Shown: positions 47,893 through 57,439 of the stretch, in pieces | Position numbering within the stretch: position 1 is the first letter of the stretch | How the letters are laid out: each line of letters begins with the position of its first letter | Assembly (NCBI RefSeq): GCF_020443705.1 | Contig: NZ_JAIZZK010000011.1 | Coordinates: forward strand, 10,810 to 74,809 | Length of the DNA: 64,000 bases | Reading direction: 5' to 3' | From: Clostridium algoriphilum | GTDB lineage: Bacteria; Bacillota; Clostridia; Clostridiales; Clostridiaceae | The notes under the pieces: model-generated | Seen by the model: only the letters and a program-made list of their open reading frames with translations | Told to the model about the DNA's origin: nothing | Database searches by the model: none | Program-made: the position numbers and the translations under genes

Positions 47893-50298
47893 TTATATTT
47901 TGTGTTCGGTACGTTCTATTATGTCATCCTGAGTCTGTTTTGATAATACATTAAAGAATGCACTGTAGCCTGCAACACGTACAATTAAATCACGATGGTC
48001 CTCTGGATGTTTTTGTGCATCTAATAACACTTCTCTTGATACTACATTATACTGAACATGAAACCCATGCAATCGATTAAAGAAGGTACGTAGGAGCATA
48101 ACAAGCTTCATTCTATCTTCCTCTTTTTCAAGCATTTGTGGATTTACCTTTTGGTTTAAAAGCACTCCCCCAGTAATTTTTTCAGTAGGTAGTTTTGAAA
48201 CCGATTTAAACACAGATGTAGGGCCGTTTTTATCCATACCGTGACTTGGAGAACACCCTTCAGCAAGTGGAGTATGAGCTAATCGTCCATCCGGCGTTGC
48301 TGATGTAGAATCCCCTTGTGGTACATTTGCAGATATTGAAGATGTTCCTGCCGAATATATTCCACCAATAGGTCCACGACCATATCTAGTGTTATGGTAT
48401 TTTCCTATTTCATCAATGTATACATCATATGCATCTTTTAATAATAAATCAATATAGTCGTCGTCATTTCCATATTTTGGTGCATCATTTATTAGCGAAT
48501 TCTGTATTTTCTTTCCTTCTTCGCCTTCAAAATTGTTGCTTATTGCTACCCACAATTGAGATGTGGTAAAAAGTTTATCCTCAAATATACATTTTTTTAT
48601 AGCAGCCAGGGAATCTCCCAGATTTGCTATGCCAACCTGTAGTCCGCTAATAAAGTCATAAACTGCTCCACCTTCTTTTAGAGTTAATCCACGGTCAATG
48701 CAATCATCAACTAAGCTAGAGCATAAAACATCTGCAGCATCTTGCTCAAGTACTGTGTCTGCACAGTTATCAATAATAACGCTGTGACGTGTAAACTCAC
48801 GGATGATTTTATCCCAGGCCTCAAGCACTTGGTCAAATCTTTCCATATTTTTAAAATGACCAACCCCCTCGCATAATTTAATACCACTTTCAATATCAAC
48901 ACCATCATTCAATGCTATCATAAAGCTCTTAACAAAATTTAAAAAACTCATACCAGTGCATCTATATCCCCATTTTCCCGGCACCGCAACCTCAACGCAT
49001 CCAATAGCACTGTAATTGTAGGCATCAATTTCCTTAACACCTTTTTTTATAAAACTAGGAATGATAATTTCATCATTGTTAAAAGCCGGCATTCCTGTAC
49101 CTAACCGAACGACCTCTATACACTCCTTCATAAAGGTATCATCCAATCCACTATGATAACGAACTGTTAAATTAGGTTGTGGTAGTTTAACTTGTGCTAC
49201 ACTACGTAGTATTAGATACGATAGTGGGTTAACAGCATCCTTCTTAGAACTTGTTTGACCTCCAACTGTAACATTTTGATAAAGTGGACTACCAGCACTA
49301 AATTGAGTATGGCCCCAAGAACGAATTTTATTAATTGTATAAGTTTTTAGCCACAAATTGGTTAATAATTCACAAGCATAATCTTTTGTAACCGTTTTAT
49401 CAGCAAGGTCTTTCTTGTAAAATGGATATAAGTATTGGTCCATTCTGCCATAAGAAAGTGAGTGTCCATTAGACTCAATTTGTAAACATAAATGAACAAT
49501 CCACAATGATTGAATAGCCTCTTGCAAATTATCCGCACCAGCAAACGGAACCTTGCTAAGAATGTGACCCATATTTACAAGTTCTGCCCTGCGATTATCA
49601 TTTTGCTCAGTCCTCGCCTTCTCGAATGCACAATCTGCATAACGCTTAGCAAAATCAACTACTGCGTTTAGTACAATGATAATTCCACGATAAAAATAAG
49701 ACTTGTTTAATTTTTTATAGTCTGTTAAGTCTAGATCATTAAGTTTCTCCTGGGTACGCTTCTTGTAATCAGCTAGGCCGTATATTAAAATCTTTTCATA
49801 ATTAACGGCTAAATGAGCGTCTCCAGATGTAATATTTCCCTCAGCTTTAATTATACCTAAATCATAAAACACTTTGCTCTCAGCAGGCATAGCTGCTATA
49901 CCACGGTCTTTTAGTGTGTTATGCTCCCAGTATGGTGCAATTTTTCTTAGAGCCTGCTTATTTTCTTCTGTAATATAAAACCGATCTCCGTCACGCTTAT
50001 CAAACTCATCAAGCTCCTTTATTACCCAATCCATTGCATATTCCGGGAAAATAGGTGCAGAGCGATTAGAACATGCTTGATTACCTGCAATCAGAGTTTG
50101 AGGCTCAATATATATGCTCATATTTTTCAGCACATTCTCAAGCATTAATGCTCTACGCAAAACCATTGGTTTATCCGCATGTAGCTTGTAACTTTCTGTT
50201 ACAAGTTTAGCACGTTCTACACACACCATAGGTTTTGCGTTTAATAAATCTTCACGAAACTCTTGCATTCTTGTAGTTAATTTACCAAAGTAATTCAT
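47893..50298 (-). CDS. Glycyl radical enzyme, PFL2/dehydratase-eliminase class (single catalytic Cys in GCVE motif), substrate unknown
   Basis: 801 aa; C-terminal glycyl radical motif RVAGYSAFFNVL; active-site AIGCVEVAVPG (Cys-Glu as in glycerol dehydratase/CutC/HypD rather than the Cys-Cys of true PFL). Confidence 0.85.
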   Translation of the reverse strand: MNYFGKLTTRMQEFREDLLNAKPMVCVERAKLVTESYKLHADKPMVLRRALMLENVLKNMSIYIEPQTLIAGNQACSNRSAPIFPEYAMDWVIKELDEFDKRDGDRFYITEENKQALRKIAPYWEHNTLKDRGIAAMPAESKVFYDLGIIKAEGNITSGDAHLAVNYEKILIYGLADYKKRTQEKLNDLDLTDYKKLNKSYFYRGIIIVLNAVVDFAKRYADCAFEKARTEQNDNRRAELVNMGHILSKVPFAGADNLQEAIQSLWIVHLCLQIESNGHSLSYGRMDQYLYPFYKKDLADKTVTKDYACELLTNLWLKTYTINKIRSWGHTQFSAGSPLYQNVTVGGQTSSKKDAVNPLSYLILRSVAQVKLPQPNLTVRYHSGLDDTFMKECIEVVRLGTGMPAFNNDEIIIPSFIKKGVKEIDAYNYSAIGCVEVAVPGKWGYRCTGMSFLNFVKSFMIALNDGVDIESGIKLCEGVGHFKNMERFDQVLEAWDKIIREFTRHSVIIDNCADTVLEQDAADVLCSSLVDDCIDRGLTLKEGGAVYDFISGLQVGIANLGDSLAAIKKCIFEDKLFTTSQLWVAISNNFEGEEGKKIQNSLINDAPKYGNDDDYIDLLLKDAYDVYIDEIGKYHNTRYGRGPIGGIYSAGTSSISANVPQGDSTSATPDGRLAHTPLAEGCSPSHGMDKNGPTSVFKSVSKLPTEKITGGVLLNQKVNPQMLEKEEDRMKLVMLLRTFFNRLHGFHVQYNVVSREVLLDAQKHPEDHRDLIVRVAGYSAFFNVLSKQTQDDIIERTEHKI

Positions 50299-50317
50299 AT
50301 TTTTCTCCTTTTAGTAA

Positions 50318-51073
50318 TTATTGTGTATCTACTACTTGTACATCTAAGTTATTTTGAACTAATAGGCTTTCCATAACTTCAGGTATTTTGTTATCAGTAA
50401 CAAGAATAGTGACTTCATTAATTTTAAACTGTGATACTACACCTTGCATAAAAAATTTTCTAGATTCGGTTAACACAATAACCTTATTAGCATTTTCAGC
50501 CATCGTTCTTACTGTTTCTGTTCTCATGTGATTATTGCCTGTAAATCCTGCTAATTCAGTAAACCCATCTGTACCAACAAATAGCTTATCCACATAAAAA
50601 CTTTCAATACATTTGCGAGTAATTGGCCCAACCACAACCTGACTCTCCTTCTGGTAATCACCCCCAAGCAAAACTACCTTTCCATAAGGACATTCTCTTA
50701 TGTATGATGCTACAAATGCAGAATTAGTAATTATGGTGACATCACGCTTATTTGTTGCAAGCTCCTGGGCAAGTAATGCGCAACACGAACCAGACTCAAT
50801 CATCACCGTTTCACCATTTTCAACTAAATTTGCAGCTAAAATTGCAATTTTAAGCTTCACATCATAGTTACAGGCCAAGCGGTTATTAATATCGTCACTA
50901 CTAATCATTACGGCATAACCATGCTCTCTCTTTATAAGGCCTTTTTCTTCAAGTAATGCCAGATCCTTACGTACTGTAACTTGTGAAACCGCAAGCTTTT
51001 CAGATAATAAAGTAACTTCAATACGACCATTTGCATTTACAAGTTCTAATAGTTTTGCATGCCTTTTGTTCAT
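50318..51073 (-). CDS. DeoR/GlpR-family transcriptional regulator
   Basis: 251 aa; N-terminal HTH (RHAKLLELVNANGRIEVTLLSEKLAVSQVTVRKDLALLEEKGLIKR) + C-terminal sugar-phosphate-binding DeoR_C domain. Confidence 0.85.
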   Translation of the reverse strand: MNKRHAKLLELVNANGRIEVTLLSEKLAVSQVTVRKDLALLEEKGLIKREHGYAVMISSDDINNRLACNYDVKLKIAILAANLVENGETVMIESGSCCALLAQELATNKRDVTIITNSAFVASYIRECPYGKVVLLGGDYQKESQVVVGPITRKCIESFYVDKLFVGTDGFTELAGFTGNNHMRTETVRTMAENANKVIVLTESRKFFMQGVVSQFKINEVTILVTDNKIPEVMESLLVQNNLDVQVVDTQ

Positions 51074-51326
51074 GAAAAATCTTCCTTTCTTTCCTAAATA
51101 TTATGCAAATTATATCACAGTGGGTTTCAAAAATAAAGATATTAATTTCAAGTGAAATAGATCATCATTCGTTCACAAGTTAATTATAGCAAATATACTC
51201 TATAAATCAATTTATAGTTTCATTCGTAACTAATATAATTTTTATATGAAGCTTTTACTTTACTTTAAAATATGTCTATGCTACTATAACTTAAAATGAT
51301 AAAAAAAGTATATAAGGAGCTATCAT

Positions 51327-52229
51327 ATGAATAATCAAACTGCTTCCATCTTCAATATACAAAAATATAGTATTCACGATGGACCAGGTATTCGCACAGT
51401 AGTATTTTTTAAAGGGTGCCCTTTAAAATGCCTTTGGTGCAGTAATCCGGAGTCACAATATGGTAGTCCACAGCTATCCTTTGATGAAAGTAAATGTGAT
51501 GGATGCTTAAAATGCATGGAAATCTGTCCACATAAGAATATCGCTTTTATAAATAATAAAATCACTTTTAATGGGAATAAATGTACCGGTTGTTTGAACT
51601 GCGTTAAGACATGCCCTAAGTCAGCACTTACCATATTCGGAAAATACCGAAACCTTGATTATATTATGAAAGAAGTTATGAAGGATAAAGACTTTTATGC
51701 TGAGTCAAAGGGTGGTGTTACATTATCCGGTGGTGAGGTTTTAGTGCAACATGAATTTGCAATTGTTTTACTGCAAGAGCTAAGAGAACAAGGCATCCAT
51801 ACCGCCTGTGAAACTACAGGATATGCACCACCAGAAATTTTCCAAACGATTATTAAAAAAGTTGATTTACTTTTATTTGACATAAAGCATTATGATAGCC
51901 AAAAGCACTTTGCTTATACTAATGTTTATAACGAAACAATTATTTTCAACTTAAAAACTGCAATTGAACAAGGGAAAGATGTTATTATCCGAATTCCAGT
52001 GATACCCGACATCAATAACAGTTTGGAAGATGCACAGGGTTTTTGTAATATTTTAAAAGAAGTTGGTGCAATAAAAGTAAACCTATTACCTTTTCATCAA
52101 TTTGGTGAAAAAAAATACTCCTTATTGAATAAGAAGTACAGTTTTGCAGGTGTTTCCCAATTGCATGAAGATGATTTACAAGATTATAAAGAAATATTCA
52201 TTAAAAATGGACTAGATTGTATAATATAA
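51327..52229 (+). CDS. Glycyl-radical-enzyme activating enzyme (radical SAM, PflE/YbiY-type with extra ferredoxin-like clusters)
   Basis: 300 aa; radical SAM CPLKCLWCSNPE, two additional CxxCxxCxxxCP motifs (CDGCLKCMEICP, CTGCLNCVKTCP), glycine-rich SAM motif SGGEVL; aaggag RBS; divergent from deoR. Confidence 0.85.
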   Translation: MNNQTASIFNIQKYSIHDGPGIRTVVFFKGCPLKCLWCSNPESQYGSPQLSFDESKCDGCLKCMEICPHKNIAFINNKITFNGNKCTGCLNCVKTCPKSALTIFGKYRNLDYIMKEVMKDKDFYAESKGGVTLSGGEVLVQHEFAIVLLQELREQGIHTACETTGYAPPEIFQTIIKKVDLLLFDIKHYDSQKHFAYTNVYNETIIFNLKTAIEQGKDVIIRIPVIPDINNSLEDAQGFCNILKEVGAIKVNLLPFHQFGEKKYSLLNKKYSFAGVSQLHEDDLQDYKEIFIKNGLDCII

Positions 52230-52294
52230 TTTAGGTCATTTTAGTACTACTCTGTTTACTGATATAAAATAGTTAATTCTAATCTGCATTATTA

Positions 52295-54088
52295 TTATTT
52301 TTTTGTACCACTCACATTATCAGGAGTCATTTTCATTATTGGAAATAACTCTGAAAACAGCTTATTAGCTGCTGGTACAGCTGTCTGAGCCGCATAATAT
52401 TTAGCAGAGTTTGGCTCCTCTATAGTAACTATTAAGCTAACTTTTGGGTTACTTGCAGGGGCCATGCCTACAAATGATGATATATATTTACCAGATTCAT
52501 AACCTCCATTGGTACTATTAACTTTATTGGCAGTTCCAGTCTTTCCAGCTATGTGATAGCCATCCATATAAGTTCCAATTGCAGTTCCTTCTTCAACAAC
52601 CCTTTCCAAATACGTTCTTAATTGAGCTGCTTTTTCTTTGTCCATTATAGCTTTCTTATTAAAATCATTAAACTGCTTGTCTATAACTTTTTTACCATTT
52701 ACATTATGTGATACTTCTTTCATAACATGTGGTTTTATCCATGTTCCACCATTAGCTACTGCATTAAAAGCAGCAATATATTGTACCTGGGTAACCGCAA
52801 CACCTTGTCCGTAGGACATTGTAGCAAGATCAATAGGTGTGATTTTTTTTAAACTTTTTACTAAGCCTGTACCTTCACCAGTCAAATCGATATCGGTTTT
52901 TTCTCCAAACCCAGCCTTTTTTACAAAGTTATAAAGGTTTTCTTTTCCAATCATCTGCCCCAGCTTTACAAACCCGACATTATCTGAATTTTTAATTATG
53001 TCAGAAAAAGTCTCAACTCCATAATTCTCTTTGTTGTCACTATACAATGTTCTATCTCCGACCTTGATGCTTCCATCACTTACAAAGCGATCATTGTCAG
53101 TTAGAGCATTATTTTGAAGTGCAGCTGCAGCTGTTATAACCTTGAAAATTGATCCAGGCTCAAACACATTGCTGATAGCTCTATTCTTCCATGTTTCCTG
53201 TGTTTCTTTATCTGTTTTACCTTCCACATAAGGCTTGCTTAAATTATAGTCTGGTGCATTTGCCATTGCTAAAACCTCACCATCATTTGGATTCATAATG
53301 GTAATACTTACAGACTTTGCACCATTTTCAGTTAATGTTTCTTTAGCTACTCTTTCAGCTAACTCTTGAATTCGTTCATCTATAGTGAGAGTCAAATTAT
53401 TTCCGTCTATCGGCTTAACCGTTACTGCTTCCGTATAAGGCAGTTCATTACTTTCCCTATCTAACTCAACTACTTTTACACCAGGAATACCCGCTAAATC
53501 ATCATTGTAACTCATCTCTACTCCGTTGACTCCAGAACCATTTGAGTTGGTATGCCCTATAACATGAGATAAAAAACTATCATTTGGATAGATTCTCGCC
53601 ACATCACTTGAAATTATTATTCCCTTATATTTCAAATCTTTAATAGAATCTACCACTTCCTTCTCAACATTTCTTTTAAATGATACAAATTGAAGTGGTT
53701 TTCCTTTGCCATTGTCGGTATTTAATATCTTTTCAATTTCGCTCTTTTTAACATTAAATATCTTTGAAAGTTTTTCAGATGCTTGTCCCTGTGGTATTTT
53801 TTTATCTACCAAATATTTTTTTAATACACTTAAATCAGCATCTACCCTATAAACATTCATGCTTAATGCCAAGTCTAAACCATTTCTGTCCACAATTACC
53901 CCTCTCTTAGGAGCTACTTCTATACTTTTCGTCTGCTGTTGTAATGCTAATGCTTTATATTTAGAGCCATTAAGGGCCATTAAATATAATAACCTACCAA
54001 CAAGAGCACTAAATACTAAAGAAAATATAATACCAACAATAAAAATTCTTTTACCTCGCGACTTTCTTCTTTTCACTTTGCTCACCAA
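52295..54088 (-). CDS. Penicillin-binding protein 2-type peptidoglycan D,D-transpeptidase (FtsI/SpoVD-like)
   Basis: 597 aa; N-terminal TM anchor, PBP dimerisation domain, transpeptidase motifs SIFK (SxxK), SDN (SxN), KTGT. Confidence 0.85.
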   Translation of the reverse strand: MVSKVKRRKSRGKRIFIVGIIFSLVFSALVGRLLYLMALNGSKYKALALQQQTKSIEVAPKRGVIVDRNGLDLALSMNVYRVDADLSVLKKYLVDKKIPQGQASEKLSKIFNVKKSEIEKILNTDNGKGKPLQFVSFKRNVEKEVVDSIKDLKYKGIIISSDVARIYPNDSFLSHVIGHTNSNGSGVNGVEMSYNDDLAGIPGVKVVELDRESNELPYTEAVTVKPIDGNNLTLTIDERIQELAERVAKETLTENGAKSVSITIMNPNDGEVLAMANAPDYNLSKPYVEGKTDKETQETWKNRAISNVFEPGSIFKVITAAAALQNNALTDNDRFVSDGSIKVGDRTLYSDNKENYGVETFSDIIKNSDNVGFVKLGQMIGKENLYNFVKKAGFGEKTDIDLTGEGTGLVKSLKKITPIDLATMSYGQGVAVTQVQYIAAFNAVANGGTWIKPHVMKEVSHNVNGKKVIDKQFNDFNKKAIMDKEKAAQLRTYLERVVEEGTAIGTYMDGYHIAGKTGTANKVNSTNGGYESGKYISSFVGMAPASNPKVSLIVTIEEPNSAKYYAAQTAVPAANKLFSELFPIMKMTPDNVSGTKK

Positions 54089-54240
54089 CCTGCTTTATAT
54101 TTTAGTTTAAATATGTATATTCTTATTTAATGATTTTTTATTAACATGTTCATTCTACCCTTCAAATGTGGATAAATCGTTAATGTATACTAGTCAAAAT
54201 GTATGTAAACAAAGAATACTTTCCAACCATTATAATCGAA

Positions 54241-54280
54241 AAAAAATCCAAATACTACATATAGTATCTGGATTTTTTAA
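54241..54280. terminator. hairpin aaaaaatccaaatacta / tagtatctggatttttt in PBP leader / hypothetical-gene 3' region
   Basis: 17-bp inverted repeat (one mismatch) flanked by A/T runs. Confidence 0.5.
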
Positions 54281-54538
54281 ATTTAAATTTTGTTCACTGT
54301 TTATAATTACATTTTTGTTTATGTATTATAAATTAATTAATTAGACAGATTTATATTAGGTAATTATGCTTTGATCTAATACCCCTCTTAATATACTATC
54401 GGTGCACATGTTAGCAAACTGAAGGTATAATAATATACATTCATTACAAAACTTATGAGAAACGATAATTTAGCTTGTTAAACCGATATGAGGAATACAA
54501 CAAAATGGATATGTTTAAGAAATGAATGGAATAAAATT

Positions 54539-54580
54539 AACTAAGGTGAAGCATTAAAGTTTTAATGCTTCACCTTAGTT
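54539..54580 (-). terminator. terminator after 157-aa hypothetical gene (aactaaggtgaagcattaaa / tttaatgcttcaccttagtt)
   Basis: 20-bp perfect inverted repeat. Confidence 0.65.
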
Positions 54581-54589
54581 AATAAAACT

Positions 54590-55063
54590 TTATAAGTTAA
54601 TTACCCTTTTTAAGGTTGGTTTGTTTCCATTAATTGGATTAAATTCTATTACATCTGGTAATTTCCAGTTTCTTACTCCCCTATTAAACCTCTGTGGTAA
54701 TAGATATTGGGTTGTCTTATGTCCTTTTTTTCGGTGTCCCATTATCTCTTCCTCAAACATGTACTTTACCTCATTCATATGACAGCTGTTTATCTTAATT
54801 TGTTTGAAATTAAGCTCACTAACAATTTTTAAGAATCTGTCTACTTCACTTTCAAAAACCTTAGCAAAAAAAGCATTTTCCCTATTACCATCACAAATTA
54901 TTATTGGGTTTAGTTGACTATCATTAATAACAGCTTTTAATTTGTATACGCTTTTCTTGCTCTTTCCCATAAAATAGCCATAATTAAGATGATTGGGATC
55001 ATCATCTTCAGGAAAGATTACATTATATAATAATTCTTCTTCTTCTTTCATTTTAATCCTCAC
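54590..55063 (-). CDS. Hypothetical protein (157 aa)
   Basis: ORF with aggtgagg RBS; no recognisable family. Confidence 0.4.
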   Translation of the reverse strand: MRIKMKEEEELLYNVIFPEDDDPNHLNYGYFMGKSKKSVYKLKAVINDSQLNPIIICDGNRENAFFAKVFESEVDRFLKIVSELNFKQIKINSCHMNEVKYMFEEEIMGHRKKGHKTTQYLLPQRFNRGVRNWKLPDVIEFNPINGNKPTLKRVINL

Positions 55064-55210
55064 CTTTCTAATAAATTATTAGATTAATAAAACTAAAATC
55101 CTCAAAGCCTCTTTTGTATAAGGTTCTTTATTAAGAATGTATCTGTTACACCTATTATAGCAGTTCATTGTAAAGAATATGTTACTTATTTGTTTACAAT
55201 TGGTTAAATA

Positions 55211-56176
55211 TTAAAAATTGTGAAAATATTCTTTAAATTCTTTCTTAATAATTAAAAAGTCTTCTAAATCATTAAGAAATTGGAATAGTAATGCTCTATT
55301 CTCAAACTCATCTCTATTCTTTGGTAATTCCATCATTTCATAATATTTTCTAAGTGACGTGATCTTATTTATAAGCTCAATGCAATCATTATCTTCATGA
55401 ATATTAATTGCAACGTCATTTGTAAAATCTGATAATAACTTAGTTTGCTCATAGGTCATATAAACCCTTGAGAAATGTCTTTTCATTCTTTTTATTGCAT
55501 CTAATTGTATTAACCTCATATCTATATAACTTACATAATAATTATTACTCCTAAATAAATGGTTATTATTTATTATCTGTGCCATTAGCTTACTACTCTT
55601 AATTAGTTCCTCAACACTCAAAATTAACTTTTGCTCATAAATTGGTACAGCTTGGGTAACTAAACTTACTGCCATGTCAGATAATATCAATTTATATTGC
55701 TCTTCAATATCTTTTTTATTTTTCTCAAAATTTTCCTCAAATGACGCTGTATATAGGTTAAACACCATTGCAACCCCAATACCTATTATAGTTAGCTTTG
55801 CTTCATTTATTATCCAATAAATATTAATATTTGTACTTATCAAAAGATGTGTTGATAGAACTGCACCAACCACCATTCCTTCATTTGTTTTTAAAATATT
55901 AGTTATTGGTATAAATATAAGTAAAAATAGTCCAAATACAAAAGGATTATTACCAAGTAAAATATATAGCATAAAGGATAAAAGTATAGCTACCCCAGAT
56001 GCTATTAATCTCCTACCTCCAACTGTTAAAGCTTCTTTCTTAGTATCCTGAATACTTAATATTGCAATTATACCTGCAGTTACCCCAAAGTCTAATTTCA
56101 TGTAATTTGCTATAATAACTGCTATTGTGGCAGACATTGTTATTTTAAATGTTTTTGATTGTAAGTATTTTACCAT
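55211..56176 (-). CDS. Membrane protein, DUF939/aromatic-acid-exporter-like (N-terminal multi-TM + C-terminal cytoplasmic helical domain)
   Basis: 321 aa; 5-6 N-terminal TM helices then charged coiled-coil-like tail, architecture of YgaE/FUSC-like proteins. Confidence 0.45.
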   Translation of the reverse strand: MVKYLQSKTFKITMSATIAVIIANYMKLDFGVTAGIIAILSIQDTKKEALTVGGRRLIASGVAILLSFMLYILLGNNPFVFGLFLLIFIPITNILKTNEGMVVGAVLSTHLLISTNINIYWIINEAKLTIIGIGVAMVFNLYTASFEENFEKNKKDIEEQYKLILSDMAVSLVTQAVPIYEQKLILSVEELIKSSKLMAQIINNNHLFRSNNYYVSYIDMRLIQLDAIKRMKRHFSRVYMTYEQTKLLSDFTNDVAINIHEDNDCIELINKITSLRKYYEMMELPKNRDEFENRALLFQFLNDLEDFLIIKKEFKEYFHNF

Positions 56177-56389
56177 TCCTTAATCTTCTCCTACCACCAT
56201 AATAATATGGTATATTCTTGTATAATCGTTTTTTTTACTAGTCATTCTTATTTCTACCCATCAATGAATTAAGCATATATTAATTAAATATTACCTCTAT
56301 ACACTGAGAATATCAAACTTGAATATTATAATATTCAATATTCTTTATAAATTTACATTTACTAATAAAATATTATAAGTACTAAATTA

Positions 56390-56421
56390 AAAAGACTCTA
56401 GCATTTTTTGCTGGAGTCTTA
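56390..56421 (-). terminator. terminator after MORN-variant gene (aaaagactctagca / tgctggagtctt)
   Basis: inverted repeat with tttttt loop region. Confidence 0.5.
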
Positions 56422-56467
56422 CATGTTGTCTGTGTTATATGCTTTTAATTATTCTTTTATTTTGGAA

Positions 56468-57403
56468 TTATTTTTTCTCTATCTCATTATTAGGTAAGCC
56501 TATAAAAGTTTTTCTGACGAATTTATCAATATGGAATTTATTATCTTTTAGGTTATAATCAATCCCGCTGATTTTTACTTTCTCTAAGTTAAATTCAATT
56601 TTAAGTGGTATAATATCCATAATTAATTCGTTAAAATTATTTGGTTTAAGTTCTGGTTTGTATACAATTAGTTGTCCAAATATATCTTGAACTATGATTA
56701 TATCTGTTGATGTTGATAATGATTTTACTGTTCCATCCTCGTTAAAGTTTAAAGAGTTTCTATCTCCATTAAGTCCACTAGCTCCTAAATCAAATGCATG
56801 TAGTTCTCCAATAATACTATTAATAGCTGTGTGTTTTCTAGGTTCGCAAGATTTAATAACTCCATTTTGATATAGTGATAGTCCAATGCGGGTTTCAATT
56901 ACACCATAAATTGATGGTATATTAATAAAATCCCTTGGCCATAATGTTAAGCTCTTTACATCTCCGGATTCATAAAAATTGATACCAATAACCTTTTTCT
57001 TAAAATTACCAAACTTAAAATTAAAATCTAATTCCTCTGCTAATTCATATTCATTTTGCTCTGTCCAATAGGCAGTTATCTTTCCATTCAAGGGGAAAAT
57101 ACGTTTAACTTTTCCACCATCATAAAACAAAGCGAGTTCTGCTGGCAATTTACCAATACTCGTATCTATAACAGTTTGCTTCTGGAAGGATATACACTGC
57201 ATATTCCCACTCTCATAGAAAGCTAGAGATCTTTTATACTTACGTCTTACTTCTGATTCGTCATATTGAGGAATTAAATCTCCATACATCGTTTTAATTT
57301 TGCAATATTGACTTAATTTGCATTCTTTTATAACGCCTTCACTATAATATTCAATATTACTTATACCCTTAAGTTGTCCGTATTTAGTCAAGAATCCTTC
57401 CAT
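56468..57403 (-). CDS. MORN-repeat-variant protein (YwqK-like repeats)
   Basis: 311 aa; six ~23-aa repeats of form [YF]Y[ES][ENG]G.[IVM]K.... (YYSEGVIKECKL, FYESGNMQCISF, FYDGGKVKRIFP, FYESGDVKSLTL, LYQNGVIKSCEP, FNEDGTVKSLST). Confidence 0.5.
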   Translation of the reverse strand: MEGFLTKYGQLKGISNIEYYSEGVIKECKLSQYCKIKTMYGDLIPQYDESEVRRKYKRSLAFYESGNMQCISFQKQTVIDTSIGKLPAELALFYDGGKVKRIFPLNGKITAYWTEQNEYELAEELDFNFKFGNFKKKVIGINFYESGDVKSLTLWPRDFINIPSIYGVIETRIGLSLYQNGVIKSCEPRKHTAINSIIGELHAFDLGASGLNGDRNSLNFNEDGTVKSLSTSTDIIIVQDIFGQLIVYKPELKPNNFNELIMDIIPLKIEFNLEKVKISGIDYNLKDNKFHIDKFVRKTFIGLPNNEIEKK

Positions 57404-57439
57404 ATTATCGCCTCCACAATAAATTTCGTATACAATTTA

